A stretch of 45,620 nt of DNA from NCBI GenBank assembly GCA_964650085.1, contig CAZYSE010000003.1, positions 1,743 through 47,362 on the forward strand. The letters run 5' to 3'. Position 1 is the stretch's first letter. Every line of letters begins with the position of its first letter. The stretch comes from an uncultured Candidatus Saccharibacteria bacterium (GTDB lineage Bacteria > Patescibacteriota > Dojkabacteria > J137). Position numbers and translations under genes: made by a program. Below are positions 27,769 through 35,676 of this stretch, piece by piece. The notes beneath the pieces are model-generated. The model made no database searches, was not told where the DNA came from, and was given only the letters and a program-made list of their open reading frames with translations.

Positions 27769-27795
27769 ATAGATCTTAAGTCATACATCCCAATA

Positions 27796-29097
27796 CTACT
27801 TCTCCAAAATATCGCTAAGTTTCCTAATACTCTTAAACGTTTCCACTTTTGAAAAGCCCATTCGCTTAGCTTCTTTTTCTCTCTTTTCTTGCAGAACAAC
27901 TTTTCTAATTTCACCTGTTAAGCCAACTTCCCCAAAAGTAACAGTATCGTTTTTAACTTTTTGACCTTTTATAGATGATTCTATAGCTTTAATGATGGCT
28001 AAATCCAACGCCCTGTCTGATGTTTTAAATCCACCGGTTATGTTTACATAAATATCAAACTCGCCGGTAGCTAACCTCAAGTTCTTGTCTATAACTGCGA
28101 GCAAAATATACAATCTATTCAAATCAAATCCAGAACTTGCTCTTCTTGGATTGCTAAAGTACGTTTTAGTAGCAAGTGCCTGAACCTCAATTACAAAAGC
28201 TCGGTTACCTTCTAAAACCATAGAATATACCGATCCTTCATTCTCTGGTTTATCTTTGCTAAATAAATCTTTTGTATCCAACAATTCTTTTAAACCATTC
28301 TCCGTCATCTGGAAAAGTCCGACTTCGTCTGTTGGGCCAAATCGATTTTTTTCAACTTTGAGAATTCTTAGATCTGATGTTTTATCTCCTTCAAAGTACA
28401 AAACCGTGTCAACAATGTGTTCTAATAGTTTCGGCCCAGCAATTTCTCCAGATTTAGTTACGTGTCCAATAATAATACTTGTGATTCCATACGCTTTTGA
28501 AATGTTAGTAAGCATACTTGTACATTCGCTTACTTGAGATACAGAGCCTTGCATAGACGTAAGCCCTTCGCTATAAACAGTTTGAATAGAATCAACAATC
28601 AATACATCTATTTCGTTTTTGTTTTCTTCAATATAATTTATTATGTGATTGATTTCGTACTCCTGTATGAAATCTACGTTTTCTGCTTTAAGTTTAAGTC
28701 TTTTTAATCTCTGGTAAATTTGTTCTGGAGATTCTTCTCCACAAATGTAAGTTACTTTGTACTTTCTTGTAGAGAGCTTATCGGCAATTTGGGAAGAAAG
28801 CGTAGATTTACCAATTCCTGGAGAACCCGATAGCAATATCACCTGTCCGCGTACAAGCCTTCCACCCAAAGCGTTATCGAGTTCGTCTATTCCAGTTTGA
28901 ATAGTTTCTATGCTACTTTCTTTAAACTCAAATTTTTTTAATTCTCTTGTAAGTTTAGTTTCTTTTTTTCCACGCGATCTGATTACACTAGCTTCAGATT
29001 TACTTGCAGATTCCTGAACGGTGCCCCATTCGTGACAAGAGTCGCATTTTCCTTGCCACTTGGAGTATTCTTTGTTGCAGTTCGAACATTTAAACAT
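27796..29097 (-). CDS. radA: DNA repair protein RadA/Sms
   Basis: Contains the N-terminal zinc finger FKCSNCNKEYSKWQGKCDSCHEWGT, Walker A GSPGIGKST, the KNRFG motif, and a Lon-like C-terminal domain. Confidence 0.9.
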   Translation of the reverse strand: MFKCSNCNKEYSKWQGKCDSCHEWGTVQESASKSEASVIRSRGKKETKLTRELKKFEFKESSIETIQTGIDELDNALGGRLVRGQVILLSGSPGIGKSTLSSQIADKLSTRKYKVTYICGEESPEQIYQRLKRLKLKAENVDFIQEYEINHIINYIEENKNEIDVLIVDSIQTVYSEGLTSMQGSVSQVSECTSMLTNISKAYGITSIIIGHVTKSGEIAGPKLLEHIVDTVLYFEGDKTSDLRILKVEKNRFGPTDEVGLFQMTENGLKELLDTKDLFSKDKPENEGSVYSMVLEGNRAFVIEVQALATKTYFSNPRRASSGFDLNRLYILLAVIDKNLRLATGEFDIYVNITGGFKTSDRALDLAIIKAIESSIKGQKVKNDTVTFGEVGLTGEIRKVVLQEKREKEAKRMGFSKVETFKSIRKLSDILEK

Positions 29098-29178
29098 ATG
29101 GATTTTTAGAATTTGGGTTTTAGTTATTTGATTTTATTTTATGTATAATGATACTAGATATACTAGTTATTTCAAAAT

Positions 29179-29361
29179 ATGAAGAAATACTTAACATACT
29201 CAATATTCTTAGTAATTTTGGGACTTTTTGCTTTTTCTTTCTATTTAGTTTTGACAGGTAAGTGGAAGAGTCTGTGCTGTATTAGCGACGGCATAAATAG
29301 AAATACAGATAGTGTTCTACTTCAGAATACTATTTGTCGTGATGTACTATGTTTGAGTTGA
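29179..29361 (+). CDS. small membrane-anchored Cys-containing protein
   Basis: 60 aa with an N-terminal TM helix (IFLVILGLFAFSFYLVL) followed by a tail with 5 Cys. First of four consecutive anchored proteins. Confidence 0.35.
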   Translation: MKKYLTYSIFLVILGLFAFSFYLVLTGKWKSLCCISDGINRNTDSVLLQNTICRDVLCLS

Positions 29362-29395
29362 TTTTTATAAAGTAATTATTTATTAATTAACACAA

Positions 29396-29593
29396 ATGAA
29401 TGGAAAATTTTGGCTCGGTTTATTAACTGGAATGTTATTGCTTTGTATTTTATGCTTCTGTTGTTTTGTAATTACAGCAGTGATTTTTTGGAATAACCCA
29501 TCATTTAGAACATCATTTGATGCTAGTTACTGTTACGGCTTAGCAGAAGGAGGAGTATCATCTACAGAAGATCCATTAGGTATTTGTAACTAA
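29396..29593 (+). CDS. small poly-Cys TM protein, paralog of 29595..29792
   Basis: 65 aa with TM segment LLLCILCFCCFVITAVIF. The tail FRTSFDASYC...DPLGICN aligns with FRDSYC...DPLGYC of the next ORF. Confidence 0.45.
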   Translation: MNGKFWLGLLTGMLLLCILCFCCFVITAVIFWNNPSFRTSFDASYCYGLAEGGVSSTEDPLGICN

Positions 29594-29594
29594 T

Positions 29595-29792
29595 ATGGAG
29601 GAAAGTACGAAAGCCAAAGGCAACTATAAATCTCTACTCGTTGTAGTTGGAGTCATTATACTTTGTTGCTGTAGCTGCTGTAGCTTATTAGTAATTGAGC
29701 GAATATTTTTATCACGAGATTTCCGAGACAGTTATTGTCTAAGAAAAACTGCACAAACTGATCCATTGGGGTATTGTGCTGAATATTATTAA
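29595..29792 (+). CDS. small poly-Cys TM protein, paralog of 29396..29593
   Basis: 65 aa with TM segment VVVGVIILCCCSCCSLLVI and tail FRDSYCLRKTAQTDPLGYCAEYY. It starts 1 nt after the previous stop. Confidence 0.45.
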   Translation: MEESTKAKGNYKSLLVVVGVIILCCCSCCSLLVIERIFLSRDFRDSYCLRKTAQTDPLGYCAEYY

Positions 29793-29805
29793 TTAAAACA
29801 TTTTT

Positions 29806-30507
29806 ATGAACCCAGTTCTAGTAAAAATCCTTAGAGTGCTGCTCGCTGTGATTTTAGGTTGCTCTTTATTCTTTGTTGGCTTATTTGCAGGTGCAAAACT
29901 CTTTCCAGAGGTAAGAGAAGTTGTAAGGGATGTAGATAGAAATGATGAACAAGAAGGTAACTCGGATACCGATTCTGATAATGATACTTCAGAAGATAAC
30001 GACGAGGTTCCTGATGAAGATGTCTTCGCAAGATACACTGTTACTTGTGGGGATGTATACACTCAAGGTTTCGATACTGTTGATTATATGAATAACGATA
30101 ATGAAACACTAGAATTAGACACTATGGCAACTGATCTAATCATTGAAGCAAGATTTGCTGGTCAAGAAGTAAGAAGTTTAATGCCTTGCACTACGAATGC
30201 TCCTGCTAATGTCATCTCTTCTGAATTTTATGTTTACGTAGCATGTGTAGATAGTTGTATTGTACCAATCGGTTATGGAGTTGGGTTTATGGACTCTGGT
30301 GATTTTGAACAAGCTTACTACCAAACTGAGTATGTTCTACCTTACGGTATTTGCAACAGCGTTGTAGAGCTAAACTCAAATCCTCATATAACGATCGAGT
30401 GTATGGGCGGAGATGGTGGTTTCGCAGCAAAAGAACAAGTTCAATTAGACTTAAGTACAAATTCAGGAAGAAGCACGCACTACGAAGAAGAAACAATGGA
30501 GATTTAA
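29806..30507 (+). CDS. membrane-anchored protein with an acidic linker and a Cys-containing extracytoplasmic domain
   Basis: The N-terminal TM helix is LLAVILGCSLFFVGLFAGA, followed by a D/E/S-rich linker (DTDSDNDTSEDNDEVPDEDV) and a domain of about 160 aa with 7 Cys. That domain includes LPYGICN, which echoes the DPLGICN tail of the small paralogs. Confidence 0.5.
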   Translation: MNPVLVKILRVLLAVILGCSLFFVGLFAGAKLFPEVREVVRDVDRNDEQEGNSDTDSDNDTSEDNDEVPDEDVFARYTVTCGDVYTQGFDTVDYMNNDNETLELDTMATDLIIEARFAGQEVRSLMPCTTNAPANVISSEFYVYVACVDSCIVPIGYGVGFMDSGDFEQAYYQTEYVLPYGICNSVVELNSNPHITIECMGGDGGFAAKEQVQLDLSTNSGRSTHYEEETMEI

Positions 30508-30540
30508 TATAAGTGTGACGAACTAAGGCTAAGATTTAGG

Positions 30541-30579
30541 CTCTAGGTTTTAAGTCTACAAAATGCTTAAGACCTAGAG
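30541..30579. repeat. 14-bp stem hairpin / palindromic element upstream of leuS
   Basis: The arms ctctaggttttaag (30541..30554) and cttaagacctagag (30566..30579) pair over 14 bp with one G-U and an 11-nt loop. No T-run follows. Confidence 0.6.
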
Positions 30580-30654
30580 GGTATAACTGTTAGACTACTA
30601 TTCCATTCGCCTTGTGGCAAGTGTTATCATTATTCGTAATTTATACTTTTCTTT

Positions 30655-33600
30655 ATGAACCGATACACACCTAAAGACATCGAAAATAAATGGATCGAAA
30701 AGTGGTCAAATGATCATCTTTATAAAACAAAGAAAACTGAAGACAAAGATAAGTTCTATTCACTGTATTCATTCCCTTACCCAAGCGGAGATGGCTTACA
30801 TGTAGGACATGCTGAGGGAATGGTTGCTAATGATATAGCAGCTAGGTTTAATAGAATGAAAGGAAAAAACGTTTTAATTCCAATGGGTTGGGATTCTTTT
30901 GGATTGCCAGCAGAGAACTTTGCAATTAAAACAGGTGTACCTCCACAAGAAAGTACTGAAAAAGCTATAAAAAGCTTCATTGATCAAATTAAAAGACTAG
31001 GAATTTCTGTTGATTGGGATTTAGAGCTTGGAGCACATAGACCTGATTATTATAAATGGACTCAATGGATCTTCTTGCAGATGTACAAAAAAGGTATAGC
31101 CTATAAGAAGAATGCCCCTGTAAATTGGTGCCCTAAAGATCAAACAGTTCTAGCCAATGAACAAGTTATTGATGGAAGATGCGAGCGATGCGATTCACTT
31201 GTAGAAAAGAAAGACATGAACCAATGGTTCTTCAAAATCACTGATTATGCAGAAAGACTTGTTAAAGATTTAGATAAAGTAGACTGGCCAGAAAGTACAA
31301 AAGCTGTTCAAAGACATTGGATTGGTCAGAGTGAAGGGACGAATGTTAAATTCCAAATCGCAAATTTTAAAGAATTGCATGATAAATCCATTCAACTTGA
31401 TCCAAGTATCGAAATTAGAATGGCAACTACAGCGGATGCTGCAGGTATTGGATTTGTTCGTGCGATGGGTTGGAGAGATAACAACACATCAACATCTACA
31501 GGAGTGGATATAGATTTTCTTGAAAGAGTAATGGGTTTCACCATTCCACTTTCTGAAGATACAATTGAAGTAACTAGAAAGTATATTGCAAAGAATCCCT
31601 CATGCCACATTGTTGCTCAAAAAGATGATCTGATTGTTGGATGGATTGGTTTGACCTTTGAAGAAGATGGCAAAATTTCATTTGGTGTATACACACATCC
31701 TGATTATAGGGGACAAGGCATAGGCAAAGCCTTAATGGAACATGTATTTCAAAAATATCCAAATGTTGCTTTCAAAATTGACGTAACAGAAACAAACACT
31801 AAGGCTATCGACCTTTACAAAAAGCTAGGATTTAATATAACAGGTAAATCTAAATGGCTAAAAGCTGAATTTCCAGAAAAATTCTTACCATTGGTCGACA
31901 TGGAAAGAACCCCGTTTGTTGAAGTATTTACAACACGAATCGATACTATTTTCGGGTGTACTTTCCTTGTTGTAGCTCCGGAACATTCGATAATAAAAAA
32001 TCTAAAATCAGAGATTTCCAATCTTGAAGAAGTTGAATCTTATGTTGAGGCAGCTAAAAATAAGACAGATTTGGAACGTCAAAGCCAAAAGGAGAAATCA
32101 GGAGTCGAAATCAAAGGAATCAAGGCTGTAAATCCTTTCAACAATGAAGAAATTCCGATTTTTGTAGCAGACTATGTTCTAAACACTTATGGTACAGGAG
32201 CTATTATGGCTGTTCCTGCTCATGACGAAAGGGATGGGGAGTTTGCTAGAAAATATAATATTCCAATCAAAATCACAATTTCAGAAAACTTTGAGGGAAG
32301 TAGTTTTCCAAGTGGTCAGACGTACTATGTTATTCCAAAGAAAAGCCTTACTAGTATAGAAACTTTGAAAAATGAAATAGAGCATATAGAAGTTTTCGAA
32401 AAAGATTCTAATGTTTACGTAAGACTAACAGCGGATGAGGATATTATAAAATCATTCCAGAACAATCTCACCAACTCACTAAGCGGAGTTCAGGATGAGA
32501 TGTTAATCTTGTACAACAACAAATTTGTTCAGCTAACACCTGAACAATTTAAAGCTGCAGTAGCAAATGAGATTCAAGAGCTACCAGAGCAAACACATAG
32601 TTTTCTTACTAATGAAGATACAAAAATCTGGGAATTAATTGAACCTTTCAAAGATCGTATTTTTACAACAAACCCAGGAGTAGTAATTAACTACGGAGAT
32701 TACTTTAGATTATCTACAGCAGATGCGACTGAAAAAATGCAATCATGGCTTGAAGAAAAAGGTTTAGGATTTAAGAAAACAACTTTCAGATTGCGTGACT
32801 GGTTACTTTCTAGGCAAAGATATTGGGGTTGCCCAATTCCAGTTGTCTACGATCCTGAAGGAAATCCACATCCGATGGATGAGAAAGACTTGCCTTTGGT
32901 ACTTCCAACAGATGTTGATTTTAAACCAACAGGCGAATCACCAATTAAAAGTTCGGAATCATTCAAAAAATTAGCAGAAGAAAAATACGGAAAAGGTTGG
33001 TACTTCGAAGCAGACACTATGGATACATTTGTAGATTCAAGTTGGTACTTTATGCGTTACGCAGACAATGGGAACAACGAAGAAATTTTCACAAAAGAAA
33101 ACGTTAACTACTGGAATCCAGCAGATCTATACATGATTGGAGCAGAACACACAGTTCTTCACTTAATGTATGCCAGATTCTTTACAAAATTTTTATTTGA
33201 CGAAGGTTACATTGGCTTTGATGAACCATTCGCAAAACTAAGGCACATGGGAATAATTTCTGGACCAGACGGAAGAAAGATGAGCAAAAGATGGGGAAAT
33301 GTTATTAATCCAAACGACGAAGTTGATAAGTACAGTGCAGACACAGTCAGAATGTACGAAATGTTCATGGGCCCATTAGAGGAACCTAAACCATGGAATG
33401 ATAGCTCAGAAAGTGGTGTATTCAGATTCTTATCGAGAGTTTGGGATCTATCAGACAAAGTTGATTCGAAAACTCAATCACCAAAACAAGACTCTGAAGT
33501 AAATAAATTGATTGGAAAAATTGATAAAGATACACAGAACCTGGCTTTCAACACAGCGGTTGCTAAGTTTATGGAATTTGTAAACTTTGCAGCTAAAGAA

Positions 33601-33939
33601 ACTAGCTTATCTAAATCGGTATTTGAAACTTTTTTAAAGTTACTTGCACCATATGCACCATTCATAACAGCAGAGCTTTGGTCTAAATTAGGTAACTATG
33701 AATCCATACACCTGCAGTCATGGCCTTTGGTTGATGAAAGTAAATTTTTAAACGAAAACGTTAATCTTGCAGTTCAATTTAATGGAAAGAGCAGGGGACT
33801 AGTTTCTGTAAATCCAGATACTACTGAAGAAGAGGTGATGGCGTTAGTTAGAGCGGATGAGAAACTTGCAAAATACATTACTGGAGAGCCTAAAAAGGTA
33901 ATATTCGTTAAAGGGAAGATCATAAACATTGTTCTTTAA
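30655..33939 (+). CDS. leuS: leucyl-tRNA synthetase with two large in-frame insertions (GNAT domain and an unknown module)
   Basis: Class I motifs HVGH (HIGH) and KMSKR (KMSKS) are present. Editing-domain motifs TTRIDTIFG and AVPAHDERD, plus RLRDWLLSRQRYWG, confirm LeuRS. At 1094 aa it is much longer than typical bacterial LeuRS, which I recall as roughly 800-880 aa. Confidence 0.9.
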   Translation: MNRYTPKDIENKWIEKWSNDHLYKTKKTEDKDKFYSLYSFPYPSGDGLHVGHAEGMVANDIAARFNRMKGKNVLIPMGWDSFGLPAENFAIKTGVPPQESTEKAIKSFIDQIKRLGISVDWDLELGAHRPDYYKWTQWIFLQMYKKGIAYKKNAPVNWCPKDQTVLANEQVIDGRCERCDSLVEKKDMNQWFFKITDYAERLVKDLDKVDWPESTKAVQRHWIGQSEGTNVKFQIANFKELHDKSIQLDPSIEIRMATTADAAGIGFVRAMGWRDNNTSTSTGVDIDFLERVMGFTIPLSEDTIEVTRKYIAKNPSCHIVAQKDDLIVGWIGLTFEEDGKISFGVYTHPDYRGQGIGKALMEHVFQKYPNVAFKIDVTETNTKAIDLYKKLGFNITGKSKWLKAEFPEKFLPLVDMERTPFVEVFTTRIDTIFGCTFLVVAPEHSIIKNLKSEISNLEEVESYVEAAKNKTDLERQSQKEKSGVEIKGIKAVNPFNNEEIPIFVADYVLNTYGTGAIMAVPAHDERDGEFARKYNIPIKITISENFEGSSFPSGQTYYVIPKKSLTSIETLKNEIEHIEVFEKDSNVYVRLTADEDIIKSFQNNLTNSLSGVQDEMLILYNNKFVQLTPEQFKAAVANEIQELPEQTHSFLTNEDTKIWELIEPFKDRIFTTNPGVVINYGDYFRLSTADATEKMQSWLEEKGLGFKKTTFRLRDWLLSRQRYWGCPIPVVYDPEGNPHPMDEKDLPLVLPTDVDFKPTGESPIKSSESFKKLAEEKYGKGWYFEADTMDTFVDSSWYFMRYADNGNNEEIFTKENVNYWNPADLYMIGAEHTVLHLMYARFFTKFLFDEGYIGFDEPFAKLRHMGIISGPDGRKMSKRWGNVINPNDEVDKYSADTVRMYEMFMGPLEEPKPWNDSSESGVFRFLSRVWDLSDKVDSKTQSPKQDSEVNKLIGKIDKDTQNLAFNTAVAKFMEFVNFAAKETSLSKSVFETFLKLLAPYAPFITAELWSKLGNYESIHLQSWPLVDESKFLNENVNLAVQFNGKSRGLVSVNPDTTEEEVMALVRADEKLAKYITGEPKKVIFVKGKIINIVL

Positions 33940-33956
33940 CTTTTAGCTTTTCGAGC

Positions 33957-34478
33957 ATGAAAGTTACTATTTACAACGCAGTTTCGTTAGATGGATACAT
34001 TGCAACATCCGAGGGTGATACTTCATGGGTAAATGACTTAGAAGTATTTGATAGAGCTCTAGCTAAGGCAAATGTTGTAATCTACGGACGAACAACTTAC
34101 GAATATTTAGTGGATTCGGAGTCCTTTCCCCTCGGAACTATTAAGAACATAGTTTGCACAACAAGACCTGGAAAATATTCAGAAATAATTGAAGCTGAAT
34201 TCTCAGATTTAAAACCAGAAGTTCTATTGCGACAGCTAGAATATCAAGGAACTCAAAAAGTAATTATTGCTGGAGGCGGACATACAAATGCTTCATTTAT
34301 TGCTACAAATCTTGTTGATGAAGTAATTACAGACGTGCACCCCATACTTTTGGGTTCAGGAGTCAAGTTGTTTGAAATAGACGATTTAGCAGTCAAACTT
34401 GAGCTAATCTCCTCTAAAAAATTGAATGATGGGATAGTACAGATAAAATATAAAGTCGTGAAGGAGGATGTTGAATGA
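33957..34478 (+). CDS. dihydrofolate-reductase-like (RibD C-terminal domain) family protein
   Basis: The pattern KVTIYNAVSLDGYIA...VIYGRTTYE...IIAGGGHTNASFIATNLVDEVITDVHPILLGSGVKLF is typical of RibD_C/DHFR-like reductases. Confidence 0.65.
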   Translation: MKVTIYNAVSLDGYIATSEGDTSWVNDLEVFDRALAKANVVIYGRTTYEYLVDSESFPLGTIKNIVCTTRPGKYSEIIEAEFSDLKPEVLLRQLEYQGTQKVIIAGGGHTNASFIATNLVDEVITDVHPILLGSGVKLFEIDDLAVKLELISSKKLNDGIVQIKYKVVKEDVE

Positions 34479-35071
34479 TTATAACTTCAATCCAGCAAGC
34501 CAAAAAAGACGAAGAAAAAGTAAATATATTTCTTGATGGAGAGTTCTGGAGCTCTTTTACCAAAGACGATCTAATCAAGTTTGGGTTTTTCAAAGGGTTT
34601 GAGATTTCCATTCAAGATGCAGAAGAGCTAAAAAAGAAATCAAGAATTTCTAAAGTTAAACTTCAAGCGCTTAGACATTATTCAGGTGTTTTAAAAGCAG
34701 AAAAGGATATTCGTACTTATTTATACAAGAAAAATTTAGAAAAAGACGAAATAGAAGAGGTCATCGAATACCTTAATAAGCATTCCATTATTGACGACCA
34801 ACGTTTTGCCAACGCTTTCGCAGAATCTAAATTACGTCAAAAAAAGTACTCGATAAATAAAATTATTGCCGAGCTTAAGAAAAAAGGTATAACTGAAGAG
34901 AAAATTAAAAAAATCGAAGGGCTAAAAACTGAGAATACCGATGAGAATCAAAACGATGCAATTAAGAAATATATTGAAAAGAATCCCAGTCTTTCAAAAG
35001 AGAAGTTAATCCAAAGATTATTAATGCGAGGATTTAAATACTCGAGTGTTAAAGAAGCTTTGGGCTCATAA
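34475..35071 (+). CDS. recX: RecX-like regulatory protein
   Basis: ATGA overlap with the previous gene and an AAGGAGGA Shine-Dalgarno sequence upstream. It shows a three-repeat helical pattern with N-terminal VNIFLDGEFW, IDDQRFANAF, and repeated L..KGI/F blocks typical of RecX. Confidence 0.6.
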   Translation: MIITSIQQAKKDEEKVNIFLDGEFWSSFTKDDLIKFGFFKGFEISIQDAEELKKKSRISKVKLQALRHYSGVLKAEKDIRTYLYKKNLEKDEIEEVIEYLNKHSIIDDQRFANAFAESKLRQKKYSINKIIAELKKKGITEEKIKKIEGLKTENTDENQNDAIKKYIEKNPSLSKEKLIQRLLMRGFKYSSVKEALGS

Positions 35072-35190
35072 TTTTTAGCTTTCAGCTTTAAACCTTTTAG
35101 CTTTTTCTGGTATCCTATAGTGTTCTCAGAATAGCCCAAAAATGCTATAAGCGAAGCTTTAAACATGCTAAATAATTACTATAGGCATGT

Positions 35191-35196
35191 TATAAT
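35191..35196 (+). promoter_or_regulatory. -10 box (TATAAT) for the RNase P RNA gene
   Basis: A perfect TATAAT lies 5-8 nt upstream of the predicted 5' end of rnpB. Confidence 0.45.
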
Positions 35197-35200
35197 ATAA

Positions 35201-35613
35201 CGTTCATTCCGTTGGACTACTGGGTAGAATACGCAAGTTTTACTACTCGGAGGAAAGTCCGGACTTTAATTCGGTTTCGTACGATACTTCGGTATTAACG
35301 AAATAAGCACCTCGAAGCTCGAAGGAAACTTATTGAGCACACAGGTTGGGAGTAATCTCAGGGAGAAAAGGGCAACAGAAAGATACTGCCGAACCGCAAG
35401 GTGGCGATGGTGAAATAGTGTTCTACTTCGTCTTAGGACTTCGTAGAATTCTCCGAAGCATTTATGCATAGGAGAAAGGTAAGAGCTCACTAAGTTTAAT
35501 AGTAATATTAAGCTTCGGTAACCCCTGCTTAAAGCAACCCCAAGCAAGTTTACTTGCGTAAGGGCTTAGAGAAATTGTCCTTAAAACAGAATCCGGCTTA
35601 TGAGAATGAATAC
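35201..35613 (+). ncRNA. rnpB: RNase P RNA, bacterial type A
   Basis: The universally conserved P4 strands GGAGGAAAGTCCGGAC (5') and ACAGAATCCGGCTTA (3') are present, as is GGTAAGAGCTCAC (J11/12-P12 region). The terminal P1 pairing is ttcattc/gaatgaa. Ends are approximate (about +/-10 nt). The ORFs at 35266..35547 and 35613..35822 on the minus strand are therefore spurious. Confidence 0.9.
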
Positions 35614-35614
35614 T

Positions 35615-35640
35615 AAACCGCTTTAACGAGCGGTTTCTTA
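35615..35640 (+). terminator. hairpin terminator after rnpB
   Basis: The sequence aaaccgc-tttaacga-gcggttt forms a 7-bp stem followed by cttatt. Confidence 0.5.
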
Positions 35641-35676
35641 TTGCTTTGTAATCGTCTGTAATCTAAGATATTTAGT

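Noticed and set aside
31360-31911. An intein or a nested independent gene as the explanation for the extra LeuRS segment.
   Set aside because: There is no Cys/Ser/Thr at an N-extein junction with a terminal His-Asn, and no homing-endonuclease motifs. No stop or start signals or Shine-Dalgarno sequence are present inside. The segment is a GNAT fold continuous with the LeuRS frame.
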